Assembly (NCBI GenBank): GCA_964508365.1
Contig: CAZDTP010000004.1
Location: 49,681-113,680, forward strand
Direction of reading: 5' to 3'
Source of the DNA: an uncultured archaeon
GTDB taxonomy: Archaea; Asgardarchaeota; Lokiarchaeia; Sigyniarchaeales; SOKP01
Length of the DNA stretch: 64,000 nucleotides
The notes beneath the pieces are model-generated. The model had not been told where the DNA came from. It ran no database searches and was given only the letters and a program-made list of their open reading frames with translations. Positions 9,442 through 18,864 of this stretch are shown one piece after another. Position 1 is the first letter of the stretch. Every line of letters begins with the position of its first letter. The position numbers were made by a program, and so were the translations under genes.

Positions 9442-10805
9442 GATTGACAATCGGAAAAAGGATTTCTGGGTTTAGAGAGGACCTATGTGATTTATGTGGA
9501 GAGTGTTTTCATCAATGTCCTGTTTTACAGCTCTCAATTGAAGAATCAAAACAAGAAATGCAGAGATTAATTGACGGAAAAGAATCTAAGTATGTCCTCT
9601 CAAAATGTAATACTTGTTTAAGTTGTAACATTTATTGTCCTCAACAAGCAAACCCTTATCAATTAATTTTAGAACGATGGAACGATCTTTATAATAAAAG
9701 AGGTGCACCTCCACTTTATCGGTTTGTTTGTCCTACTGAAGAACCAAATATTTGGCAACTCCTAAATATATTTTTATCCGATCAAGAAAAAAAATGGGTT
9801 GATAACTGGATCAGCCACATCCCTAAAGCTAATGAGCATATTCTTTTAATAGGGAATTATACACATCTATTTCCCTTCGTTATTGGTGGAAGTGAGCTTT
9901 TAAAGTATTTTACACCTATCTCAAGGATCGATCAATGGGAAGGTGGGGCTTACTTATATCAAGGGGGATACTTAGACAATGTCCAAAGAATTGCTGCTCG
10001 ATGTGCTAAGGATTTTAACTCTTGGGGTGTAAAAAAAGTAACCCACACTCTAGATGCGGTGCATTACATCTTTTCAGAAGTGCATCCTAAAGAAATGTTA
10101 GTGAATCATACGCAAGAATTCATTAATTTTAATGAATGGATATTAAAACAGATAAATAATGGAACATTAAATTTGCCCAAAAAATTAGGTTTAACGATCA
10201 CTGTACATGATAATTGCTTTTCAAAAGCACTTGGTGGAGCATATTGGGATGTCCCACGCGAAATTTTGAAAAAATGTGGTTGTAACCTAAAAGAAATGAA
10301 ACATATTAAAAAAGATTCGCTATGTTGTGGGTTTGGTGCAGGAGCGTCGTGGGTTAAGAATATGTCTATTCCTTTTGACATTATATCAGAGGGTATAAAA
10401 AAGTTTAACGAAGCAGAAGAAACAGGAGCAGATGCATTAGTAACTTACTGTGGTGGTTGTCTTTATCTCTTATGGGCAACAAAGGAATTATTAGGTTACG
10501 ATATAGATCTTTATCATATTATAGAAATCGTCCGTATGGCTATGGGAGAGAAACTCCTCTACCCTAAAGCTCATAAAAAACGCGCTTGGGATATTATTAC
10601 AATAATTACTTATCAATTACTTGTTTCTATTGTTCAAACTAATTTTTTTATAAAAAAAATCACATATGATAAAGATATGAAAACATTTTGGCCTAAAAGA
10701 TATCTTGTTCTTAAGATCATTAGAGTATTGTTTAATGTCTCACCTATACGCAAAATGTATCGTAAAATGTTTGTGGTATTAATGCGGTTAATAAAAACCA
10801 GATAA
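9435..10805 (+). CDS. (Fe-S)-binding CCG-domain protein, tandem paralog with a degenerate first CCG domain
   Basis: CDLCGECFHQCP, CNTCLSCNIYCP, HDNC, LCCG and YCGGC are present. The first-domain cysteines are replaced (IGNY, QWEG, TLDAV). Confidence 0.85.
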   Translation: MVRLTIGKRISGFREDLCDLCGECFHQCPVLQLSIEESKQEMQRLIDGKESKYVLSKCNTCLSCNIYCPQQANPYQLILERWNDLYNKRGAPPLYRFVCPTEEPNIWQLLNIFLSDQEKKWVDNWISHIPKANEHILLIGNYTHLFPFVIGGSELLKYFTPISRIDQWEGGAYLYQGGYLDNVQRIAARCAKDFNSWGVKKVTHTLDAVHYIFSEVHPKEMLVNHTQEFINFNEWILKQINNGTLNLPKKLGLTITVHDNCFSKALGGAYWDVPREILKKCGCNLKEMKHIKKDSLCCGFGAGASWVKNMSIPFDIISEGIKKFNEAEETGADALVTYCGGCLYLLWATKELLGYDIDLYHIIEIVRMAMGEKLLYPKAHKKRAWDIITIITYQLLVSIVQTNFFIKKITYDKDMKTFWPKRYLVLKIIRVLFNVSPIRKMYRKMFVVLMRLIKTR

Positions 10806-10830
10806 AATCAAAAATGAGTTCAATTACTCA

Positions 10831-11049
10831 TTACCACGCAAAATGTTTAAGTATCGCATTAGTAGGACATGCGTCTTGGCAAGCTAAACATTCAATACAT
10901 TCAATAATATCTTCGGCAACAACTTTACCGTTTACAAGGCTATAGACCTCTGCGGGGCAAACACTTACACAATTCGCTGCTCCTACGCAGAGATCTAAAT
11001 CAACTTCTACCCAATTATCGCCATCTTCCCATCTTTTTACATTTACCAT
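10831..11049 (-). CDS. 2[4Fe-4S]-type ferredoxin
   Basis: CVGAANCVSVCP and CIECLACQDACP. Confidence 0.9.
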   Translation of the reverse strand: MVNVKRWEDGDNWVEVDLDLCVGAANCVSVCPAEVYSLVNGKVVAEDIIECIECLACQDACPTNAILKHFAW

Positions 11050-11241
11050 ATTATTTCTTTAGTGTCTTTTTAATTTATATATAATTATGTTGGTTGCATC
11101 TGAAATTAAAGATTTATGTTTTTAGTTTGAAATCAGAGTTTTTCCTCTCTTTTTATTTTCATTAATATTATGAAGTATAATCGAAGTATTTTAATAAAGA
11201 AAGTAAGAAAAAAGAAGTAAAAATTTTAAAAATTTTATCAA

Positions 11242-12342
11242 CTAAGCACTTTGAGCGTTAGCATTTACACTGCCAGTTGATGTGCCTAATGAAAATAGAT
11301 ATCTATACATCGCATCTCCGTAGTTTAAAGTAGAGTAAACGCTTCCAAAACTTGTGATCTCCATAGTTGCATGAGGCGTGTAATTAATTGATCCTGTGCT
11401 AGTTGAGCTTATGAATCTAACATTAGTGTTGTTTAAATTGTCTCTATAAAGCACATCAATGCTTCCTGTGGAAGTTTTCCAACTACCAGTTACATTTGCG
11501 CCCATAGTTATATACTGATAAAGATCTGCATCAATACTACCTGTTGATGTCATAAGGTTTAAACTAATGTCTTTTGTGTATACCATATTGTAACTCTTAA
11601 AGTTCACACTGCCTGTGGAAACTGTCCCTATTAAGTTATCGCCCATTAGACAATTGGTATAGTTTAACGATAATGAGCCAGTTGATGTTAGAGCTCTAAA
11701 ACCACAAGTAAAATTTGTTTTAGCAGCAGAAGATTCTACACTACCCGTGCTAGTCTCGAGTCTAACTTTCCCTCGAAATTCGTTATTACCTAATATATTC
11801 AATTTGACTGAGCCTGTACTCGAAGTTAATGATGTTCCATTTAGGATAACACCATCGGAAACCTGCATTTCAATAGATCCTGTAGATGTTAAGGCTGTGA
11901 GATCGTATACTACATCTGTTCTTAATGTAACAGCGACAATGATGTTATAGGATTTAAACCAATGCGAAGGATCAAACCAAATGTCTGGTGAAGTTAGTAG
12001 ATTAAAAGTAGCAGTCGTATTGTCCCACCACTCTGTATTTGGATGAAAGAAATCCTCATAAGTCTTTCCTTCCATATACAAGCCCATAATTTCTATATCA
12101 ACATCGATTTTTGCATAATAGGTCGTTGGAGAATTATTATACTTTAAGAGAATTTTTCCGATATCAACATTGAAGGTAAGATCTTCTATAGGATCGGGAG
12201 AACTTGGTTCGTACTTAAAATTAAACGAATTTTCGATAACCCCTCTAGTTACGAAACCGTAGATAATGAATCCTAAACCACCACCAACAATAAGGACAAC
12301 AGCAACAATTAGCGCAATTTTATAATTTCTCATTTTTTTCAC
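11242..12342 (-). CDS. Membrane-anchored DUF4097-like beta-repeat surface protein
   Basis: N-terminal TM helix and about nine TSTGS[IV]x[LV] repeats. Confidence 0.7.
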   Translation of the reverse strand: MKKMRNYKIALIVAVVLIVGGGLGFIIYGFVTRGVIENSFNFKYEPSSPDPIEDLTFNVDIGKILLKYNNSPTTYYAKIDVDIEIMGLYMEGKTYEDFFHPNTEWWDNTTATFNLLTSPDIWFDPSHWFKSYNIIVAVTLRTDVVYDLTALTSTGSIEMQVSDGVILNGTSLTSSTGSVKLNILGNNEFRGKVRLETSTGSVESSAAKTNFTCGFRALTSTGSLSLNYTNCLMGDNLIGTVSTGSVNFKSYNMVYTKDISLNLMTSTGSIDADLYQYITMGANVTGSWKTSTGSIDVLYRDNLNNTNVRFISSTSTGSINYTPHATMEITSFGSVYSTLNYGDAMYRYLFSLGTSTGSVNANAQSA

Positions 12343-12515
12343 ATTAATTTTGTTTTTTTTATTTGCTTTATAATGAAAATTTTTGGATTATATTTAAATG
12401 AAATTTAGACTGATTTTTATTACTAAATATAGTATTATAAAATATTAATGTAAAATTTGCATCTTTAACAGTGTTTTATTATGAGATTTCATAAATAAAA
12501 TAAAAAAAGAAGAAT

Positions 12516-13043
12516 TTAGAGATTCTTCACTAAAGAAATTGCAAAATTCTTAGCGTTTTCGAGATCCTTTTCATTAGGGCGACCTTTAATTTTTTCTCTA
12601 TCTTTTTTCGCTTCCTCTCTTTGGTCTTCGGGCAATCTTTCTAACATAGCTAACTGAGTTTCTAAGGGAATACCTAAATTCTCGCCTACACAATCAAATT
12701 CACCTATAATTTCGCTATTATGCTTTTTAATAATATCAGTTATCCGTTTAAATGGTTCTTGATATAATTTTAAACTTGCATGCGTACAAAAATAAACAAA
12801 TTTTGCAGGGAGTTCAGGAACAGCCATTTTTATTATATTTAATATCGATTTATCAGTTCTGCTGGCATAAACTCCTGAACCTAAAAACAAAATATCATAT
12901 GAACTCAATGTTGTAGGGTCCACATCATTAGCAGGAATTAAGTCTACATCGCAGTCTGTTAACCCATCTTTCATGCTATTAGCCACTTTTTCGGTATTTC
13001 CCGTATTTGAAAAGAATGTAATTAATATCCTCAACATAATCAC
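12516..13043 (-). CDS. Flavodoxin family protein
   Basis: FFSNTGNTEKVA phosphate loop, LFLGSGVYA, FCTH. Confidence 0.85.
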   Translation of the reverse strand: MIMLRILITFFSNTGNTEKVANSMKDGLTDCDVDLIPANDVDPTTLSSYDILFLGSGVYASRTDKSILNIIKMAVPELPAKFVYFCTHASLKLYQEPFKRITDIIKKHNSEIIGEFDCVGENLGIPLETQLAMLERLPEDQREEAKKDREKIKGRPNEKDLENAKNFAISLVKNL

Positions 13044-13134
13044 TAATCTCTTTTAATTAGTATAAAAATAAAAAATTATTATTATTTTTAGAATTTTTTA
13101 AAAGAAAAGCAATCTATAGATTTATGTCCCGAAA

Positions 13135-14037
13135 TTATAATTTTAAAGCATAGAAGTTTATAGCGTTCTCAACAGTTATTTTACTTACTTCTTGTTGAGA
13201 GGTATTGTGAGAATAAGCTATTGCCGCTATAGAGTATTTTACATTTAAAGGCACATTTATTGGCCCCCTTAGATAAGGGTGTTGGTAGTAACTATCTGTT
13301 TCTGTAACTAAAGCAGATAATGGAGATGGTTTTGTTACTCTACGCCATTTGTTAATCCCGTAAGCTGAACTTGGAACAGATAATGTGTAACCTTGTTTGG
13401 GCAAAAGTATTCCATACTCATCTGGACCTGAGAAACAATGCCACATTATGTGTTTAGGATTTATATTAAAATCTTTGACTATGTTAAGAATTTCTTTTGT
13501 CGCGCCATCCCTTTCATTATAACGGTGTTTAGGGTGGTCTCGATCGAACTCGTGTTCAGCCGCGTTTCTAACGTGCAGAACATACGGTTTATTAAACTCC
13601 TTTGTTAATTCGAATATTTTTTTTAGTTCTGTAACCTGCTTTTCTCTTTTTTCGAGAGTCTTTGCGTGATGAAAATCCAAACCAATTTCTCCAATTGCCA
13701 GAAATTTTTCTTGATAAATTTGAACATTTTCAACCCAGTCTTTCCAATCTCTATTATATAGGGATTTAGGTGTGAAGGTGACAGTTTGAGGTGCCCAACC
13801 AATTGTAAAACCAATTTTCTCCTTTCCTTTAACAAAATTTAGGATTAATTCAAGAGTACTGTTATTGATCGAGCTGGTTACTAAGTATACACCTCCATTA
13901 TTCAAGAAGTCTCGATATTGCTGCTCATCAGAAGGTAACCTATCGTTTTTTTTAGGTCGAGGGAATGGTAGATGACAATGAACATCGACAATTTTCAGAT
14001 TTTCTTCTGGTTCTGGGATGTTGATTTTCTTGGGCAT
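13135..14037 (-). CDS. tatD: TatD family metal-dependent nuclease/hydrolase
   Basis: VDVHCH, AIGEIGLDF, VLHVRNA, WHCFSG, ETDS. Confidence 0.9.
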   Translation of the reverse strand: MPKKINIPEPEENLKIVDVHCHLPFPRPKKNDRLPSDEQQYRDFLNNGGVYLVTSSINNSTLELILNFVKGKEKIGFTIGWAPQTVTFTPKSLYNRDWKDWVENVQIYQEKFLAIGEIGLDFHHAKTLEKREKQVTELKKIFELTKEFNKPYVLHVRNAAEHEFDRDHPKHRYNERDGATKEILNIVKDFNINPKHIMWHCFSGPDEYGILLPKQGYTLSVPSSAYGINKWRRVTKPSPLSALVTETDSYYQHPYLRGPINVPLNVKYSIAAIAYSHNTSQQEVSKITVENAINFYALKL

Positions 14038-14166
14038 AATGTCTCAAAACTATAATATGAAATTTATTTTATGATGAAGTTGTTCTAATAATTTAATCTT
14101 TGTTCAAATATCAAATTAAGGAGGGTAATAAAATTTTTAATCAATCAACTTTATTTAGATGATATA

Positions 14167-14580
14167 ATGACCGAACAATTAGATTCGAAACTAAAAGAGT
14201 TAGAAATTAAAAAACAGGAGTTACAACCTAAAATTGATGAGATTGAAACAAAAAAAGCTGAGGAAATGCAAGAATTAAACAGAAAATACGATCACATGAT
14301 CCAGGACGCTAACAGTGAAGTAGATGATTTTGAACAGCAAATTATGAACGAAATTATTGAATTATTTTCTAAAGCCGTGATGGATGAGTTTGACGCGAAA
14401 AGAAGTACAAGTGAATATATGGTTACAGAAGATTTTAAAGATTTTAGGAATGGTGTTTCGAAAATTGATCTTTTTCCAAGAGATTTAATAGATAGATTAG
14501 ATGATATCATCGAAGGCGGCCTTATAGAAAATATAGCCTACGACATAGAAAAAATAGAAGCAAAATATAAGAGAAAATAG
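14167..14580 (+). CDS. Hypothetical acidic coiled-coil protein
   Basis: 137-aa ORF with a heptad-rich N-terminal half. Confidence 0.6.
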   Translation: MTEQLDSKLKELEIKKQELQPKIDEIETKKAEEMQELNRKYDHMIQDANSEVDDFEQQIMNEIIELFSKAVMDEFDAKRSTSEYMVTEDFKDFRNGVSKIDLFPRDLIDRLDDIIEGGLIENIAYDIEKIEAKYKRK

Positions 14581-14893
14581 AAAAGAAACTTAATTTCGTT
14601 TTTTTTTTATTCATAATTATAACCGACTTTTAGGCTCATTCTTAGTAATACGTAGATAATAGTATGTTAAATATGCCTTTGTGAGGTTTAGCTTTTCAAG
14701 ATTAAGAAATAATAAGGAATTCGGTAAAATGGAAATATTTGAAGAAGAAATCGAGATTTATAATGCTAAAATGAGATTATTAACCTGGTTATACGACGAG
14801 ATTAAAATCCAATCAGATATATCCAAGGATTTACTTAACGAAAAAGGTCAAAAACTACCACTTAATCATTAATTCAATCGATTACTTATTTTG

Positions 14894-15457
14894 TTAACAT
14901 AAATTTAAAATTTCTTCAACAATTTTCATAATATAATGTAAGAAATCCTCTAATTTACCATTTCTTGGAATATGAATAAAAATCACAGGGTATTTATTTT
15001 TTGAAATATCTAAAGCCCAATAGTATATATAATTACATAAATAGAATCCAGGAAAATAAGAAATAGAGAGCTTTAAGATATATTTAAGAGCTTTATAAAT
15101 TTCTTTTATATTTAAAATTGTATTGAATTTTAAAGATTTTTTTATATTAATAAACCCCATTTTATAAAATCCATCCACATCTTTACCAAAAACCCAATTT
15201 AAGGATCGTTTTTCTAAATAAATTCTTTTTTTTGAATGGATTCCCATAAGTATAACTAAATATGGTTTTAATTTAATTGACTTAATATAGTCCAAATACG
15301 ACTCAACGCTCCTTTTCCAACTAACAGGTAAAATGATTTTTTCAACAGAATATTGTTGAAATTTATCATCAAAGTTTCTAACAATATCACCACTAAGATT
15401 TGAAGAAAGTTTACCGAATTTCTCAAAACCAGTTAAAAGGATCGTTTTTTTTATCAT
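14894..15457 (-). CDS. pcp: Pyroglutamyl-peptidase I (peptidase C15)
   Basis: LLTGFEKF, LPVSW; catalytic E (LEKRSLN), C (YLCNY) and H (FIHIP). Confidence 0.8.
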   Translation of the reverse strand: MIKKTILLTGFEKFGKLSSNLSGDIVRNFDDKFQQYSVEKIILPVSWKRSVESYLDYIKSIKLKPYLVILMGIHSKKRIYLEKRSLNWVFGKDVDGFYKMGFINIKKSLKFNTILNIKEIYKALKYILKLSISYFPGFYLCNYIYYWALDISKNKYPVIFIHIPRNGKLEDFLHYIMKIVEEILNLC

Positions 15458-15507
15458 TTATCCATAAAGTGTAAAAAAAAGAATAAATATAATAAATATA
15501 AAAAATT

Positions 15508-15924
15508 TTAGCTGACTTGTTCTTTTAATTGCTCAGCTTCTAATTTGTCTAATTTTTTCATTAAAGCTCTTATATCTGTATCATAAGATTTTATTTTAGT
15601 CTTCTTTTCTTTAAGAATACTATCTAGTTTCTTGTTTAAGGCTTTAGCCTTTCCCTTAACTAAATTATCTAATTTTTTCTTTAATGAAGCTACTTCCACC
15701 GTTAACTTATTCATTTTCTTTGTCCATTCTTTAGATTTTTCTGTAGCTTCCTTTAAATCTACTTCTCCTACTTCGAGTTTAGATTTAGTGTCGTCAATTT
15801 TATCGTCAAAATCAGCTTCGATTTCTTTTTCAGCCGAAGCTTCTTTTTTAGAAGCATCTTCTTCAACTCTCGTGATTTCATCTTCCTTTTCAGAGATTTG
15901 AGATCTTATATCTTGTTCTGACAT
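15508..15924 (-). CDS. Hypothetical all-helical coiled-coil protein
   Basis: 138 aa, K/E-rich, continuous heptads; acidic N-half and basic C-half. Confidence 0.6.
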   Translation of the reverse strand: MSEQDIRSQISEKEDEITRVEEDASKKEASAEKEIEADFDDKIDDTKSKLEVGEVDLKEATEKSKEWTKKMNKLTVEVASLKKKLDNLVKGKAKALNKKLDSILKEKKTKIKSYDTDIRALMKKLDKLEAEQLKEQVS

Positions 15925-16079
15925 TATTATTTCTCATTTATTATTTCTTTTTTCTATATATTTGGATATATTCGCTACCTTAAAAATTATTAAGATTGAA
16001 TTCTAAATAGCTCCGCTTACAAAAGATAAAAAGAAAAAAGGTCTATATTTAAAATACCGCAAAATTTTTATTGCTTAAT

Positions 16080-17108
16080 CTATTCCAAAGATTCTCCGAG
16101 TGCTAATCGGCAGAGATCACTAAGGATATAATTTTTCAACCCTTTTCGCTCAACTTTCGAGCCTAAGCTTTCCTTACACAAAGAACAATTATACACACAT
16201 GCTTCAGCATCATGGTTTATCATATCGTTTATGTTATCGTCTTGAGCTTTGCGTACTAAAGATTTTTTCCCAACAGTTGCGAAAATACCTGCACAGCACA
16301 TAGCATTTTCTCGATCATATTCTCTCTGCACCCTCTCAACACCAATTAAATTGCATACTTTATCAACCCAATCATCAACTTCAGGTATAAAACGATTTGA
16401 GCAGGATCTTTGATAGGCTATTTTCATACCTAACGGTTTAATATTAGATTCATGTTCTTTTAAGTATTTATAGAGATATTCGTAGATATGAATTGGTTTA
16501 AATCCTGGTGGAAGCTCAATGTTGTTACGAGGACAATAAGAAGCATAGAATCCATAGCATTCGTCGTGAAAGCAAATCATTTCTTTAATACCTTGAGCTT
16601 TGATATTTTCTAATATTATTGGAGCCCTTTCTTTAATGACAGAATCTCTTCCGTAATGATGATACATCAAGTTGCAAAAAAAGTCAAGACCACTAACATA
16701 TTGAAGATTTTCAAAGAGCTGCCCTTCCATCTGTTTCGCATTCACTTTACTAAGTCCACACTTATTTAATACTGGTTTATTAGGGTCAATTTCCTTTAAT
16801 CTCAATTGATCGTGTGGAGCAAATCTATTAATTGTACTCTCAAGAATATTAGGGTTTATGTTTAAAGAATTATATTTTTCTTGTAATTCTGTTATTAGAT
16901 CGAAGGGATGAGATTCATAAGGACAATATTCATCACACGCAAAACAAGTAACACAATCAGATAACACTCGAGATTCCTCTCCGTTAATCATTTTAGTTTT
17001 TTCTGCTCGTGCTTCTTCAACATTGTTAAATTCCATCCATTGACACCGAGTCAAACAGTCTACATTTTCGCATTTATCACAATTAGATTCGTCGAAAATT
17101 TTCTTCAC
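16080..17108 (-). CDS. (Fe-S)-binding CCG-domain protein
   Basis: CVTCFACDEYCP, FHDECYG, QRSC, MCCAG, NCSLC. Confidence 0.8.
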   Translation of the reverse strand: MKKIFDESNCDKCENVDCLTRCQWMEFNNVEEARAEKTKMINGEESRVLSDCVTCFACDEYCPYESHPFDLITELQEKYNSLNINPNILESTINRFAPHDQLRLKEIDPNKPVLNKCGLSKVNAKQMEGQLFENLQYVSGLDFFCNLMYHHYGRDSVIKERAPIILENIKAQGIKEMICFHDECYGFYASYCPRNNIELPPGFKPIHIYEYLYKYLKEHESNIKPLGMKIAYQRSCSNRFIPEVDDWVDKVCNLIGVERVQREYDRENAMCCAGIFATVGKKSLVRKAQDDNINDMINHDAEACVYNCSLCKESLGSKVERKGLKNYILSDLCRLALGESLE

Positions 17109-17202
17109 CCTTTTACATTTTAATTTGATTTGTGTATATGAATTTCTCTATGTTATTAATAATTACGATGGAATAAAAAAAAAAGAAAAAAACAAGGTAA
17201 GC

Positions 17203-18231
17203 TTAATATTCCAACTTTTCCCCTAAAGCGAGCCTTGCTAAGTCACTAATAAAATAAGATTTCATTCCCTTAGCAATGACCTTCTTTTCTATCGTATCTT
17301 TACACGCGGGGCAATTGAATATACAAACCTCAGCACCATAGTCTACCATGTCCTGAACATTATCATTTTGAGTCTTCCGAGCTAGATCTTTATGACCTCT
17401 CATTGAAAAGGCTCCGGCGCAACATACACCGTTTTCTCTATCGTATTTCCTCGCAACCCGTTCTACCCCGATAAGTTCGCATATATCATCAAGAATTTTA
17501 TCAGTCTCAGGAATGTAACGATTGGAACAGTTTCGCTGATAAGCCGCTTTTAAGTTTAATTTCTTAATATCGGATTCATGATCCTTAAGATAATTATAAA
17601 CGTATTCAAAAATATGGACAGGTTTAAAAGGCACTTCAAGTTTGTTCCTTTGACAATATGAGGTATACAATCCATAGCATTCGTCATGCCAACAGATAAC
17701 TTCAGTATCCTTATTAACACCAGTTTTTATGAAGTTTTCAAGAATCTGTGGTACCCTTTCTTTGATTATGGAAGGTTTTGCTACGTGTTGATATACTAAT
17801 TGACAAAAGTAATGTAAACCACCAACTGATTGCAGATCATCAAACATTGGCCCACTCATTTCCTTTGCATTCGTTTTAGGGAATGCACATTTATTTAAAA
17901 TAGGTTTTTCAGGATCAATCGGGCGCGGTACAAATTCTTTCTTTGATTTATATGTATCGATTGTCATTTGAGCTACTCCAGGTGAAATATTTTGAGAATT
18001 ATATTTCTCTTGCAACTCATTTATAAGGTCAAAAGGATGTGAATGATATGGGCAATACTCATCACAAGCAAAACACAGCATACAATCCTTCAAAATGCGA
18101 CAATCCTCATCTTTGTTAATCAATTTAGCAACTTCTTTCTTAGCAGCTTCGATACTCTCAAAATTGATCCATTGACACTTCATCATACAAGCAACTGTTT
18201 TACATTCTTCACAATGCGATTTGTCAAACAT
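17203..18231 (-). CDS. (Fe-S)-binding CCG-domain protein, tandem paralog of 16080..17108
   Basis: Same length (342 aa); CMLCFACDEYCP, WHDECYG, QRNC, VCCAG, NCPAC. Confidence 0.8.
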   Translation of the reverse strand: MFDKSHCEECKTVACMMKCQWINFESIEAAKKEVAKLINKDEDCRILKDCMLCFACDEYCPYHSHPFDLINELQEKYNSQNISPGVAQMTIDTYKSKKEFVPRPIDPEKPILNKCAFPKTNAKEMSGPMFDDLQSVGGLHYFCQLVYQHVAKPSIIKERVPQILENFIKTGVNKDTEVICWHDECYGLYTSYCQRNKLEVPFKPVHIFEYVYNYLKDHESDIKKLNLKAAYQRNCSNRYIPETDKILDDICELIGVERVARKYDRENGVCCAGAFSMRGHKDLARKTQNDNVQDMVDYGAEVCIFNCPACKDTIEKKVIAKGMKSYFISDLARLALGEKLEY

Positions 18232-18325
18232 ATTAATACAGCTTTTTGTTATTTTGAATAATTATTATTATTTTTTTATTAGTTTTAATCGTACTACAAC
18301 CATTATTAAGTTTATTTATGGGATA

Positions 18326-18841
18326 TTATTCTTCAACAGTGAATTCCCAGGCACAATAATAGTTATCAGGATGTTGATCAGGGGGGCAACATATGCATCT
18401 TGTTTGAATTCTTGGATCAATAGTTTTAGCAAAATCTCCGTATTCAATGACCCCCACTGGTTTACATGGAAAATCTGGAAGGTTTCTAGTTTTTCGGGCG
18501 TGTTGAACCCGGCAATTATTCATTCGAAACACACATCTATTTTCAGATACTTCCACAATTTCTTGTATGTTGATATTAGCATACACTCGGAATTTAAGAG
18601 CTTTGGTTAATGCTAGGATTCCTCCATTTTCTGATAGATTAAATCGCTTCATTATCCTTTTTGCTTCAATAACGGTGAAGCGTTTCCACTGTGCAACATC
18701 AAGCTCAATAGCTTTATCCAATCCAAACTCTTTCTCAACAATCTGGAACCAAGTACCGTCGATTGCAAGCCAATTCTTACTTAAATCTTCAATATAATCC
18801 ATCAATTCTTCTTTTGAAAGTCCTTCTAAATCCTGTTTCAT
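18326..18841 (-). CDS. DUF6125-like protein (V4R/ATC-hydrolase-like fold, Cys-rich)
   Basis: WLAIDGTWF, CRVQ..R...FPCK.VG..EY..FA..ID.RI...C..CPPD....CAWEF. Confidence 0.75.
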   Translation of the reverse strand: MKQDLEGLSKEELMDYIEDLSKNWLAIDGTWFQIVEKEFGLDKAIELDVAQWKRFTVIEAKRIMKRFNLSENGGILALTKALKFRVYANINIQEIVEVSENRCVFRMNNCRVQHARKTRNLPDFPCKPVGVIEYGDFAKTIDPRIQTRCICCPPDQHPDNYYCAWEFTVEE

Positions 18842-18864
18842 TATTTAATCTCTCTTCTTTATTT

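Noticed and set aside
11242-12342. TSTGS repeats as a novel repeat system
   Set aside because: They match ordinary DUF4097/adhesin-like beta-repeat proteins
14681-14872. 63-aa ORF between the coiled-coil gene and pcp
   Set aside because: No recognisable motif or clear RBS; it may be a small gene or another stub, but I cannot support either
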